Virus record (IMG/VR): IMGVR_UViG_3300030329_001671
Span: 1-64,000 of that record
Reading direction: 5' to 3' (one strand)
DNA length: 64,000 nucleotides
Source of the DNA: a virus
Part shown: positions 27,808 through 37,573 of the stretch, piece by piece
Layout of the letters: each line of letters begins with the position of its first letter
How positions within the stretch are numbered: the first letter of the stretch is position 1
Notes under the pieces: model-generated
Told to the model about the DNA's origin: nothing
What the model saw: only the letters and a program-made list of their open reading frames with translations
Databases searched by the model: none
Program-made: the position numbers and the translations under genes

Positions 27808-28324
27808 ATTAAAAATATATACTGATGGTTCTTGTAGGACAAACCCCGGCGGAGTAGGTGGATGGGGGGTTGTGATAACTAATGAAGATGAAGATATTTT
27901 GTTTATTCTTTCGGGGGGCGAACCCAACACTACTAATAGTGAAATGGAGTTGACGGGAGTTGTGCGGGGGCTGGAAACTTTGTATTTAGACGATTTATCT
28001 GAATGTGTTACTATTTATTCCGACAGTAAATATGTTATAGATAATTGTACTAAGTTTAGTACCTCCCCTAGTGATTTATGGGGTAAGTATTTCGCCTTAC
28101 ACCAATCGTTCAAGGATATTAGCCATGTATGGGTTCCGGGGCATTCGGGACATACTCTACAGGAAATGGCAGATACCTTGGCTACGAATGCGTCTGGAGA
28201 CTTGAAAGAATGGTTAGAGAAGAAAAGTCGAAACAGGAAACGGAAGTTCAATTTTACCCGTGGGAAGACATCCTCAACGAAGCAGGATTTGAAACCACAC
28301 TTGAAACAAATTCTGAGCGATTAG
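27794..28324 (+). CDS. rnhA: Ribonuclease HI
   Basis: IYTDGSC..NPG.GGWG, TTNSEMEL, SDSKYV, WVPGHSG, E.AD.LA. Confidence 0.9.
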   Translation: MPNSKLKIYTDGSCRTNPGGVGGWGVVITNEDEDILFILSGGEPNTTNSEMELTGVVRGLETLYLDDLSECVTIYSDSKYVIDNCTKFSTSPSDLWGKYFALHQSFKDISHVWVPGHSGHTLQEMADTLATNASGDLKEWLEKKSRNRKRKFNFTRGKTSSTKQDLKPHLKQILSD

Positions 28325-29166
28325 ATCAGAGGGTTTATCATTGTCCATTTCACGACGATAAAGCACCATCTCTTTCTATTAATTTAGATAGCGGTAAGTG
28401 GATTTGTTATGCTAATTGTGGGGCGGGAACCTTGGATTCGTTTATATCCAAGTACACAGGCTGGTCACGGTTACAAACCGATGTATTTATTAGAAAATTT
28501 TCTGAAAACGTAGGGTTACAACTTCAAGATACTTGGAATACAGCGGAAGAAGTTGAAGCTCCGTTAGAAGAAGTAAATTTAGAGTATACGAAAGGAGAAG
28601 TACCTAACTGGATTTTCGATAGAGAATTCACAGCAAAAACTCTGATTGACGCTGAGGCTGGAACAAACGGTCGTGGAGGATTAGTTCTTCCCATCAGAGA
28701 TGATAGAGGTGTTATAGTAGGAAGTGTAACCCGACAACCATCGGGCTATAACCCTAAATATTTATACAGTTTTGGATTGAAAAAGAGCAAAATCGTTTAT
28801 GGACTGTATAATATAGATGAGTCTAGTTTTATTTGTCTAACTGAAGGCATACTCGACACATTATGGCTTAAACAACATAACTTCGAATCAATAGCAATAC
28901 TTGGGGCTTCATTGTCTAAAAAACAAGAGTCCCTCATCAATACACTCCATACCTCTGAACTAGTCCTATGTTTGGACAATGATGAGACAGGAATAACCGC
29001 TTCTAAGCGGATTGCGTCTAAATTATCGAAGCATAGGTTAGTCAGTTTTGCTAGACTCCCTGATGGCTATAAAGACATTCAGGAAATTAGGGATGCAAGT
29101 CTTTTGCATTCTGTAATAACTAACCGAACCGTTTTAGGTTTGGAAGGGAGTTTTAAAAAATGGTAA
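28210..29166 (+). CDS. dnaG: DNA primase (CHC2 zinc finger + TOPRIM)
   Basis: CPFHDD..PS...C...C; EGILD; LDND; KD. Start uncertain (frame open from 28129; ATG at 28210). Confidence 0.85.
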   Translation: MVREEKSKQETEVQFYPWEDILNEAGFETTLETNSERLDQRVYHCPFHDDKAPSLSINLDSGKWICYANCGAGTLDSFISKYTGWSRLQTDVFIRKFSENVGLQLQDTWNTAEEVEAPLEEVNLEYTKGEVPNWIFDREFTAKTLIDAEAGTNGRGGLVLPIRDDRGVIVGSVTRQPSGYNPKYLYSFGLKKSKIVYGLYNIDESSFICLTEGILDTLWLKQHNFESIAILGASLSKKQESLINTLHTSELVLCLDNDETGITASKRIASKLSKHRLVSFARLPDGYKDIQEIRDASLLHSVITNRTVLGLEGSFKKW

Positions 29167-30017
29167 GTGGTGGAATTGCTGGCATCAGCCAGCGAGCCGA
29201 CAAAGAAGAACAGGAACGCTCTTCTCGTAGGGGTCCCGGTTCTGAATTATGGCTTTACGATGGCGATATTGCTACCGTTTCTATAGTGCCTTCAGGCGAC
29301 CCCGAAGACTACCGAATTCAAGACTTTTCAACATATCGTGCTACTGGCATGGGACGTAATGGTGCCTATACCTATGACGCTATGGCTATTGGACAGTCTG
29401 CTGAGGGTGATTACAAAGCTGCGGAAGTAGATTCTGGAACTCAACTCAGGACTAAGTTTGGTGTTTGGTTGTACGTGGAAAATGTTATGAGGAACCCCGC
29501 TAACTTCCCAACGTTGTCAAAGAACTTTGGGGACGATGCTGTAGCTTCTTGGGAGTCAATACAGAGTCCTAGTGGAAAAGCTTTTATGCAACAGCCCGCA
29601 GGAAATTTCCAAATGTGGTCACAAGGTTTTGGTCGCAGTAAGTATCTATGGAATCAAATTGTAGATATTTATGATGAAGATGGGGCGTTGAATAAGCATA
29701 AGGTTAGAATCCGTCGAACTGGTAGTGGAAGAGATGACACATCGTACTCCATAAAAACCATTGCTGAGGATGCACAGGTTCCTTCTGAGGCGCAGGGTCA
29801 ATCAGCAGATTCTTTAGTTCGACCTGTAGACTTTTTCCTACAAAAAGAACGTGCTATAGCCGCAGCTGTAGAGAAGCGTAATTCAGATAACCAAACTACT
29901 TCCCTAAATGGAGTAGGTGGGTCGTCTAATCAGCCACCATGGAATGTGGATAGTTCGTCGGAAGTTCCGTCGTTCAACACATCCTCTGTGGATAACGATC
30001 AAGAGTCGTTATTCTAG
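29160..30017 (+). CDS. Putative single-stranded DNA-binding protein
   Basis: IRRTGSGRDDTSYS motif, acidic tail ending DNDQESLF, replication context. Confidence 0.6.
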   Translation: MVSGGIAGISQRADKEEQERSSRRGPGSELWLYDGDIATVSIVPSGDPEDYRIQDFSTYRATGMGRNGAYTYDAMAIGQSAEGDYKAAEVDSGTQLRTKFGVWLYVENVMRNPANFPTLSKNFGDDAVASWESIQSPSGKAFMQQPAGNFQMWSQGFGRSKYLWNQIVDIYDEDGALNKHKVRIRRTGSGRDDTSYSIKTIAEDAQVPSEAQGQSADSLVRPVDFFLQKERAIAAAVEKRNSDNQTTSLNGVGGSSNQPPWNVDSSSEVPSFNTSSVDNDQESLF

Positions 30018-30033
30018 ATAAGGAGAGACCAGT

Positions 30034-30231
30034 ATGGGAATACTTGGGTTTGTAAAGGGGTTGTTCGGCGGAACTGCTATTGAGCCAGATTTCGCAAAGC
30101 CAACTCAGACATCTTCTAACCATAATGTAGCTAACCAGTTACACAGGCCAACTATGTCTGCTCCGACTACTAAACGTAGTCGAAAGCCCCGAAAACGAAA
30201 TGCTAAGGGTCAATTTGTATCCGAGGCGTAG
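30034..30231 (+). CDS. Small basic hypothetical protein
   Basis: AAGGAG RBS; C-terminal RKRNAKGQF. Confidence 0.55.
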   Translation: MGILGFVKGLFGGTAIEPDFAKPTQTSSNHNVANQLHRPTMSAPTTKRSRKPRKRNAKGQFVSEA

Positions 30232-30235
30232 AATA

Positions 30236-30265
30236 GTAGGGGGGATGCTTAGGTGTCCCCCCTAC
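30236..30265 (+). terminator. Strong GC hairpin (terminator or processing site)
   Basis: GTAGGGGGGATGC-TTAG-GTGTCCCCCCTAC; no clear U-tract. Confidence 0.5.
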
Positions 30266-32406
30266 ACTCTATAACATTTATAAGAATTGAGAATTTTTTG
30301 ATAAATTACGGTATAGACACTTTATTCAGCAATGAATCTATAATTGTGACCCCTGAGGATTTTGATGACTGCCTTAGGAAATTAAATGAGTCTGATACTA
30401 TCTTTTTAGATATTGAAAGTAACGGGTTTGAATTTAATAAAAATGAGATATGTGGAGTAGGGTTGGCTACACCTGAGAGTGTGGTTATGTATTTCCCTTT
30501 CCGACACGCTGACCACCCGGAAGTGTATGGTAATCTGTCAGAAGATCACATGTTTAAGATGCTGAAAGCCTTAGAGCATACTAAAACGTTAGTTGGGTAT
30601 AACTTAAAGTTCGACTTAAAGTTTCTAGAGTATGAGTGTGGACTGACCGACATAGAGGATAGTTTTACTTGGTTGAACACTCAGGATAAAAATCTTGTTG
30701 ATGTTCTAGTCATGACACGCTTGACTGAAAAAGCCAAACATGAAAGATTAGATTTAACTCATACGATAACCCGTGAATTTGGAGAGGAAGCTTCCAAATA
30801 TGACGCTAATTGTAAAGAGCTCCTGAGAAAAAATAAGTGGAGCAAAAACTTCTCTTTAGCCCCCATAAGTTTATTAGGTCCATATTGCTGTAATGACGTA
30901 TTTTGGACTAGGGAATTATATTTTTCTAGAAAGAAAGCTATAGAAGAAACTAAACAGGTTGACATTTGGCAACAAAGTATCAAATTAACTTCTGTTCTAT
31001 ATGATATGGAGTACAGAGGAGTTAAAATAGATACAGAGTATGCTTTAGATGGGGCTAAACGTGTAGGGGCTAGACAAGAAGCGGTTCTGAAACGAATTTA
31101 TGAAATAGCGGGTGAAGAATTTAATGTTGCATCTAATATACAGTTAGGTAAGATATTTGAGTCGCTAGGTATTGAGTCCCCAGATAAAACTGACAAGGGT
31201 AACCCGTCATGGGGAGAAAAATCCTTAGTCAAAATTAACCATGAGTTAGCAGGCCGAGTAAGAGAGTACAGAACATTAGGTAAGATGTTGAGTACCTACA
31301 TTGAACCCTTCTCTCAAACGGATGTTCTTCACTGTACCTATGCTAATTGGGGAACAGTAACAGGTAGATTATCTTCCCGAAACCCTAACTTACAGAATAT
31401 TCCTAGAGGGATTATAAATACTGTAGAACAAAATCTCAATGAAGAAGAGATGAAAGCATTACAAGGGCGATTAGAGGCAATTGTAAAGGCTAATAAGGGT
31501 CGTATATCTTTGGATAACCAAGATATTTCGGCGTGGGCTTTTGTGGGGGAAGAAACTTTCGTTGACGGTGACCCCACTAAGTTTGCAACTAGGAAGGCTT
31601 TTGTTCCTAGAGAGGGATACACCCTATATGGTTTAGATTATAAACAGATGGAAGTTTGGGTCTTTCTTTCATATTTTATGAACGATAAAGAATTAGCAGC
31701 TTTGAAAGACAAAGGGGTTGACCTTCACGATAATTCCGCTAAGGCAGCATTCCATGTAGATGAAAATCATGCAGAGTGGAAATTCTATCGACAAGCGGCT
31801 AAAAACCTATCCTTTGGTATTTTATATGGTTTAGGATTAGAGAATTTAGCCAATTCTTTGGATTGCACTATCCCAGAAGCCAAGAAGTATAAAGCTAACT
31901 TTTTGAATGGACTACCGGGTTCTAAAGATTTTATTAAAAATGTCATGAGTAAAATCACCAAAACTGGTATGGTTCAGAATAGGTATGGTCGGAAATACTG
32001 GATTCCAGAAGATTTCGCATATGCGGGCATTAATTACTTAGTACAGGGTACATCGGCTGATATAATGTCTGAGCGTATGATTGCGGTGCATGAGTATCTC
32101 AGAGATAAAAAATCTGCCCTCATAATGCAGGTTCATGATGAATTATTAGTAGAGGTAGCTGATGGTGAAGAAAGCGTGGTGGAAAACATCCGTCGATTGA
32201 TGGAAGAAAATTCCATAGGCATTCCGTTGCTAGTAGATGTAGAAATTCATGACCCCTCATGGGCGCATGTAATGGACGCTGACAAGGCAATTAGGGAAGC
32301 ACAATATCCTGCTGACAGGGAGAAGGAGCAATTGGAAGACCATTATTGTATATGGAGACAAAAGTACGAAGATTTAGTTAAGACTGAAGAGGTAGTAATA
32401 CTATGA
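30253..32406 (+). CDS. polA: Family A DNA polymerase with 3'-5' exonuclease (true start probably slightly downstream)
   Basis: FLDIE, YNLKFD, TGRLSS.NPNLQNIP, DYKQME, RQAAKNLSFGILYG, QGTSAD, VHDE. Confidence 0.92.
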   Translation: MSPLHSITFIRIENFLINYGIDTLFSNESIIVTPEDFDDCLRKLNESDTIFLDIESNGFEFNKNEICGVGLATPESVVMYFPFRHADHPEVYGNLSEDHMFKMLKALEHTKTLVGYNLKFDLKFLEYECGLTDIEDSFTWLNTQDKNLVDVLVMTRLTEKAKHERLDLTHTITREFGEEASKYDANCKELLRKNKWSKNFSLAPISLLGPYCCNDVFWTRELYFSRKKAIEETKQVDIWQQSIKLTSVLYDMEYRGVKIDTEYALDGAKRVGARQEAVLKRIYEIAGEEFNVASNIQLGKIFESLGIESPDKTDKGNPSWGEKSLVKINHELAGRVREYRTLGKMLSTYIEPFSQTDVLHCTYANWGTVTGRLSSRNPNLQNIPRGIINTVEQNLNEEEMKALQGRLEAIVKANKGRISLDNQDISAWAFVGEETFVDGDPTKFATRKAFVPREGYTLYGLDYKQMEVWVFLSYFMNDKELAALKDKGVDLHDNSAKAAFHVDENHAEWKFYRQAAKNLSFGILYGLGLENLANSLDCTIPEAKKYKANFLNGLPGSKDFIKNVMSKITKTGMVQNRYGRKYWIPEDFAYAGINYLVQGTSADIMSERMIAVHEYLRDKKSALIMQVHDELLVEVADGEESVVENIRRLMEENSIGIPLLVDVEIHDPSWAHVMDADKAIREAQYPADREKEQLEDHYCIWRQKYEDLVKTEEVVIL

Positions 32407-32612
32407 AGATAGATCAGGCTTTAGGATTTACCGTCAATTTAGGTGATTATAACAATGCTAAAATTGAAGTAACTATCCGAGATATAGACACAGAAGAAGA
32501 TTTGGATGAACAAATGGCTAAAGCTAAAGTCGCTATAAATAAGGCATGGCCTTTGGTTTTGTCTGCGGCTGATGCCGAGGTAACAAAAATAAGGAGTCTA
32601 GCTAATGGCTAA
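32403..32612 (+). CDS. Hypothetical protein
   Basis: LGFTVNLGDYNNAKIEV; coupled ORF. Confidence 0.6.
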   Translation: MKIDQALGFTVNLGDYNNAKIEVTIRDIDTEEDLDEQMAKAKVAINKAWPLVLSAADAEVTKIRSLANG

Positions 32613-33624
32613 AACTAAGACAGAAACCCCTTTGATGGATCAGCTTCTAAAGGGAGTGGATGGGCTTACGTTAGCGTCGGATAACGAGTTTAAATTTGAG
32701 CGTATACCTTTCGGTATCCCCCAGTTGGATAAATTGACAGGTGGGGGAATTCCTAAGAAGCGGTTTACACTACTAACGGGTCAGCCTAGTGGTGGTAAGT
32801 CGTATCTTGCTATGAAAGCGGTCGAATCTGTCCAAAAAGCAGGAGGAACGGCGGTTTGGATTGATACTGAGATGTCTTTAGATGACTCATGGTTCCGTAA
32901 GTGTGGAGTCAACCCCGACTTACTTCTTGCGTCCCAACCAGAAAATGGGGAGGCGGCAATAGAAATTGCTAGAGCCGTTATGGAAGCAGGAGTGGACTTG
33001 GTGGTGATAGATAGTATTGCAGGTATGGTTCCCGCAGCAGAATTAGCGGATTTCGATAAAAGTCCTATGGGATGGTTGGCTAGGTTTGTAAACGATTCCC
33101 TTAGTAGGTTGATGAGTCGGCTAAAGCATGGGTCGTCCTTGATTTGTATAAACCAACAACGATCAGCTATTGGACCTGTGGCGATTAAAGACATGCCGGG
33201 TGGTAAGGGTCAGGTGTATTGGAACCACATGATGCTTGAAGTACGAAGATCCGGGTGGATAGAGAACAAGAAAACTAAAATTAAAGAAGGCTTCGATATG
33301 GAGGTCACTCTAAAGAAGAATAAAACTTCGGCTGACCATTGGCAAAAAGTGGTTGTACCCTTTAAAGTAGATGGTGGAATAGATACTATGGAAAGCTATA
33401 TGCGTGAAGGCATAGCTTATGGCTTCATCCAACAGTCTGGAGCATGGTACGAGTACAATGATAATAAGGTCATGGGATTAAATGGACTTAAGACTTTATT
33501 GGTAACAGAACAACCAGAGTTAGGACAAAAATTAAAGGAAGATGTAGATAATGCCTCTCAACGTTCAATCGGCACCTCAAGCGATGACTCCGCAGGAAGT
33601 AAAAATAGCCAACTACTTAAGTGA
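32605..33624 (+). CDS. recA: RecA/UvsX-like recombinase
   Basis: LD..TGGGIP, GQPSGGKS, IDTE, VIDSIA, INQ.R, PGG, GAWY. Confidence 0.88.
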   Translation: MAKTKTETPLMDQLLKGVDGLTLASDNEFKFERIPFGIPQLDKLTGGGIPKKRFTLLTGQPSGGKSYLAMKAVESVQKAGGTAVWIDTEMSLDDSWFRKCGVNPDLLLASQPENGEAAIEIARAVMEAGVDLVVIDSIAGMVPAAELADFDKSPMGWLARFVNDSLSRLMSRLKHGSSLICINQQRSAIGPVAIKDMPGGKGQVYWNHMMLEVRRSGWIENKKTKIKEGFDMEVTLKKNKTSADHWQKVVVPFKVDGGIDTMESYMREGIAYGFIQQSGAWYEYNDNKVMGLNGLKTLLVTEQPELGQKLKEDVDNASQRSIGTSSDDSAGSKNSQLLK

Positions 33625-33898
33625 GTTGGGGTTGCGGTGGGAGTCTCAGAGGGAAATAGGTAAATATTTTGTAGACTTTTGGATAGCCGAAATTGGGACA
33701 GTTATTGAGGCGGATGGGGTTTACGGTCATTTTTCTAAAAAAGATAAAGAACGGAATGAATTCTTGCTAGAAAGTGGAGTAGATTACGTTTTACATATTA
33801 CGTCGGAAAATGCTTCGGAAATTCAACACGATATTGACGCATTTTTAGTTGATATTGCTATAGACATGAATCGTAAAAAAGGAAATAAATGGGCGTAA
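33551..33898 (+). CDS. DUF559/Vsr-like endonuclease
   Basis: TPQE, YFVDF, IEADGVYGH, D.ER...L. Confidence 0.75.
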   Translation: MPLNVQSAPQAMTPQEVKIANYLSELGLRWESQREIGKYFVDFWIAEIGTVIEADGVYGHFSKKDKERNEFLLESGVDYVLHITSENASEIQHDIDAFLVDIAIDMNRKKGNKWA

Positions 33899-34587
33899 AA
33901 GAAATAACAGAAAATGTTACTAAATCTTGGGATACCAAAGATTTAGGTCAATTGCTAGTAAAACAGTTGGATAAACAGTTAGCCCATCCTCAAAAAAGTA
34001 CTAGTAAAGGTAAGTTCTTTGTATCTGCTATAGGGAACCCTTGTGACCGATACTTGTGGCTTCACTACAATGGACTAGTGCCTAAAAAATCAATTTCGTC
34101 TACGTTACAACGTATATTTGGTGTAGGTAGTTCCGCTGAGGATAGGTACGCTAAGTATTTTGGCGATATGATGCTATACAGGGAGCAATCCTGTAAGATA
34201 GAGAGCCCTGTTACTTTATCGGGTCGTGCTGACTTCATACTTCACCATGATGGTAGATTATTTGTGCTAGAACTCAAAACTATCAATCAAAGAGGTTGGG
34301 ACGAGGACATATCTAATGGTCCCAAGACTGAGCATTCTACCCAATTACAGTGTTACCTACATATGTTAGGACATTCCGAAGGAGTAATTTTGTATGAAAA
34401 CAAAAATACTCAACAGATTAAGACTTTTGTAGTAAAACGAAATGACGACTTATGGGATGGAATTTTGTCCAGAGCGCAAGCTATCGTTAATATGCCAGTT
34501 CCACCTAGATTAGCGGAAGTAGAGTCCACGCATTATCATTACTGTGATTGCAAATTAGTAAAAGATGAGGAATTAGGTCTTGGCTAA
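33889..34587 (+). CDS. Cas4-like PD-(D/E)XK exonuclease
   Basis: CDR, GRAD, ELKT, QLQCY, C-terminal Cys. Confidence 0.75.
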   Translation: MGVKEITENVTKSWDTKDLGQLLVKQLDKQLAHPQKSTSKGKFFVSAIGNPCDRYLWLHYNGLVPKKSISSTLQRIFGVGSSAEDRYAKYFGDMMLYREQSCKIESPVTLSGRADFILHHDGRLFVLELKTINQRGWDEDISNGPKTEHSTQLQCYLHMLGHSEGVILYENKNTQQIKTFVVKRNDDLWDGILSRAQAIVNMPVPPRLAEVESTHYHYCDCKLVKDEELGLG

Positions 34588-35170
34588 ACTAATTGGGCTA
34601 CACGGTAAAATGCACACAGGCAAGTCTGCTGTAGCTAAACTAATTAAACAAAAAGATCCTAATAGAATTGAAATTATGTCCTTCGCTGGAAAACTCAGAG
34701 AAGTACTAAATGTTTTAGGCATTCAGGAAACTAGAGAGTCTATGCAACAAGTAGGGCAAAGTTTGAGGGATATATGGCCAGATGTTTGGGTGAAAGCCGT
34801 TCATAAAGATGTTCAGCGGAGGTTAAATTTAGGGCATTCTGTAATTTTCGATGATTTACGGTATCTTAATGAATTCGATTACGTCCGGGAAGAAAATGGT
34901 TTACTAGTTAAGTTGTATGCGGATGAGGAAGTGCGGTGGGACAGATATCAAAAGTCTAGTAAATGGGAACCGGGGGCAACTAGGGAAAAATGGAATTACG
35001 CTCAAACCCATTCATCCGAATTAGAATTAGATGATAAGGAATTAGATTGGAATCTAGCTATCGACACGAATAATTTATCTAAACGTGACATGAACGGTGT
35101 GGCCGACGCACTAGTGATAAGCCTTCAAGGTATGAGGAATATAAATGATAGAAGAAACTTGGACAGTTGA
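34580..35170 (+). CDS. Deoxynucleoside monophosphate kinase
   Basis: GKMHTGKS, FA..LR, R..MQ.VG..LR, DDLRY.NE. Confidence 0.8.
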   Translation: MAKLIGLHGKMHTGKSAVAKLIKQKDPNRIEIMSFAGKLREVLNVLGIQETRESMQQVGQSLRDIWPDVWVKAVHKDVQRRLNLGHSVIFDDLRYLNEFDYVREENGLLVKLYADEEVRWDRYQKSSKWEPGATREKWNYAQTHSSELELDDKELDWNLAIDTNNLSKRDMNGVADALVISLQGMRNINDRRNLDS

Positions 35171-35645
35171 AAAAGGCTACAATAAAGCTAATCAATATGT
35201 AGAGGATATGGAAATTCCTTTTATTAGAATTGAAGACAACACTCGTGAAGATATTACGTTTGGGAATTTGTCGGAAGCGACTAACGAACAACTACAGGAA
35301 TACTTATCTGTGTCTGGAGCTTGGTTAGCTTTTGTTGAATTAAATTTAGCCGCTTTGGGCGCAAAAAAGGGCGCATATGAAACGGCGTTTGAAACAGGGA
35401 TGAAGGTAGAAAAAGCCAAGCTAGCTGAAGAATATTTAGAAAAAGGAATCCGTAAACCTACTATTGATGAAATGGAAGGTATAATACTAAGAGACAATAA
35501 ACGTCTAAACACTAGTATGAAAACCCTAATAGAAATCAGAGCTGCCTACGATAAATTATTAGGGCGTAAAGAAGCCTTTAAGGGATTGTTTAATACATCT
35601 AGTAGAGTATTATCCGCTAGAAGCCTAGAGGCAGGAAAAGGATAA
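35145..35645 (+). CDS. Putative UvsY-like recombination mediator
   Basis: Helical protein ending SR.LS.R; recombination context. Confidence 0.4.
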   Translation: MIEETWTVEKGYNKANQYVEDMEIPFIRIEDNTREDITFGNLSEATNEQLQEYLSVSGAWLAFVELNLAALGAKKGAYETAFETGMKVEKAKLAEEYLEKGIRKPTIDEMEGIILRDNKRLNTSMKTLIEIRAAYDKLLGRKEAFKGLFNTSSRVLSARSLEAGKG

Positions 35646-36124
35646 TGGATATTATAGAAAAAGATCGGTTTATGGAAATAATGACGATAATAGCCGAGGC
35701 GGTTTACGACTTCCACGATAGATGGGGATTTACTCACACCGGCTCTTATGAAGGTCAATCCGATCAGGCTTTGGCCAAAGAGCGAATTCCTATTATAAAG
35801 GAAGAAGTGAAAGAATGGCAAGCCTCCATTAAAAATTTCCGAAAGGATCCTGCTAATTTTGATGAAGAAACTGGAGATTTGTTGTGGGTAGCTATGGGTA
35901 ATTTGATGGCTGTAGCTACTTCGGACGCTAGGGATAGAATTGTTAAATTAGTAGTAGATAAAAATAATTCTAAAAATATTGAAAATTATGCCATACGTAA
36001 AGATATTGGCAAACTCATTTCTATCCATAAACCCGAAAAGTGGAAAGGTGCTGAGGAGCAACTAAAAGAAGAATGGAGTCAGAGAGGCTTTGTTCTGGAG
36101 GAAGGGTCATCCACACAGGAATAG
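35645..36124 (+). CDS. MazG-like nucleotide pyrophosphohydrolase
   Basis: IKEEVKE...EETGDLLWV all-alpha NTP-PPase motif. Confidence 0.65.
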   Translation: MDIIEKDRFMEIMTIIAEAVYDFHDRWGFTHTGSYEGQSDQALAKERIPIIKEEVKEWQASIKNFRKDPANFDEETGDLLWVAMGNLMAVATSDARDRIVKLVVDKNNSKNIENYAIRKDIGKLISIHKPEKWKGAEEQLKEEWSQRGFVLEEGSSTQE

Positions 36125-36555
36125 ATTGTAGTTCTAAGGCGGTTCACGCCACAACTATAGATAATAACGGCAATATAGTTAGATGTCTAAAATTTGACGC
36201 TAAAGGTAAGACTTCAGCAGATAGGTTCCCTGATATAGCTAAAGGTTTAGGAGTTCTTCCTTCCATGGTTGAGGGTGGAACAGTGGCTATAGAGAAACCA
36301 TTGTATTTTAAAAATCCCCATTCCACTATTTCTATATCTGAGGTAGTTGGAGCAGTAAAAGAAGTGTTAGAGTTGGCTAATATTTCATATAAAACTGTGG
36401 ATAATCGAGTGTGGAAAAAGGAAATTATAAGTATGGGTAATGCGTCTAAAGATGATATAATTAAATATGCGACTAAATATTTTGACGCAGATTTTGAAGA
36501 GCAAGATTGGGCTGATGCAGCCTGTATAGCAGAATGGAGCAGAAGAAATGCCTAG
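36073..36555 (+). CDS. ruvC: RuvC-like Holliday junction resolvase
   Basis: GIDCS, AIE, WKK....GNASK, D.ADA. Confidence 0.8.
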   Translation: MESERLCSGGRVIHTGIDCSSKAVHATTIDNNGNIVRCLKFDAKGKTSADRFPDIAKGLGVLPSMVEGGTVAIEKPLYFKNPHSTISISEVVGAVKEVLELANISYKTVDNRVWKKEIISMGNASKDDIIKYATKYFDADFEEQDWADAACIAEWSRRNA

Positions 36556-37054
36556 AAAGCCGGGATCAATCCGTCGAAAGCCGAAGAAGCCTACTTTTGT
36601 AGTAACCAAGAAAGGAGATCCTAAGCACACTAGTGCTTTTGTACCTCCTGTTGAACATGTTCCAAATTCTGTCGAAGACTATAAGAAAGTTGTATACTGC
36701 AACGCCGCAGATTGTATGTTTAATAAGCAGGTAGAGGAACTTGTACATACTGAAACAGTAGTACGGCGGGGAAATAACAAACATTCTACTTGGAAGCCTC
36801 TCACCCCACAAATGGAGAAAATCTGGAAGTCTGTATGTACCCGAAGTGAAGTTGTAATCGACATTAAGACTCAGATGGGTCCAAGTGGGAGTAAAACTAG
36901 AGTACCGGGATGCCATACACCATGGGAACGTGGTCGATCAGGGCATGTTGATTTTAGCAAACGCATGGGAGAATCTTACACTATAGATGATAGTCAAGAC
37001 CCAATGGCTAGAGATGAAGGATGGGTAATGGAAAATTCCCCATTCCAAAACTAA
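36548..37054 (+). CDS. Hypothetical Cys-containing protein
   Basis: Coupled ORF, C....C.FN motif. Confidence 0.55.
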   Translation: MPRKPGSIRRKPKKPTFVVTKKGDPKHTSAFVPPVEHVPNSVEDYKKVVYCNAADCMFNKQVEELVHTETVVRRGNNKHSTWKPLTPQMEKIWKSVCTRSEVVIDIKTQMGPSGSKTRVPGCHTPWERGRSGHVDFSKRMGESYTIDDSQDPMARDEGWVMENSPFQN

Positions 37055-37063
37055 GGATTTTGA

Positions 37064-37573
37064 ATGAATCGAAAATACTCTCAAGAAGTTAAAGACTTTG
37101 CTGCAAAAACGTATATTCACGACGATGTAATAATTCCTAAAATTAAAGAAAATATTTTAGAAAAATTCGAGGTCGAAATTCCAGAAGATACGTTATACCA
37201 ATGGTCTAAAGAGCAAGGTTGGAAAGAATTACGTACCAAAGCTATTGCTAAGGCAAGGGATAAGATGGTAGAGCTTGAAGCAGATCATAGGCGACTAGAA
37301 TCAGAAATTCATTTAGATCAATATAAGAAAATAACCTCTAAAGCAGCAGAAGCTCTAGGCATTCTTCAATTTGATAGGGCTTCAGATGCCGCTAAAGCGG
37401 TGGATATGGGCATCAAGGGTGAGCGCACTATTCTAGAAGGTTTGATTTCTCGAAGATTTATTCAAGGAATTGTTACTATCATCATGGAAGAGGTAAATGA
37501 CAAAGAATTGCGTCAAAGACTAGGAAATAGACTCCAAGACTTTTTGCTAGAATTTGAGGACACTAATGGTTAA
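37064..37573 (+). CDS. Terminase small subunit
   Basis: N-terminal HTH (TLYQW....GW..LR), directly before TerL. Confidence 0.65.
   Translation: MNRKYSQEVKDFAAKTYIHDDVIIPKIKENILEKFEVEIPEDTLYQWSKEQGWKELRTKAIAKARDKMVELEADHRRLESEIHLDQYKKITSKAAEALGILQFDRASDAAKAVDMGIKGERTILEGLISRRFIQGIVTIIMEEVNDKELRQRLGNRLQDFLLEFEDTNG

Noticed and set aside
28129-28324. RNase H-primase fusion by frameshift
   Set aside because: The frames overlap, but no canonical slippery heptamer is evident; an independent ATG at 28210 explains it.
33889-34587. Cas4-like gene as evidence of CRISPR-Cas
   Set aside because: Solo Cas4-like nucleases are common in phage recombination modules; no other cas genes or array are present.
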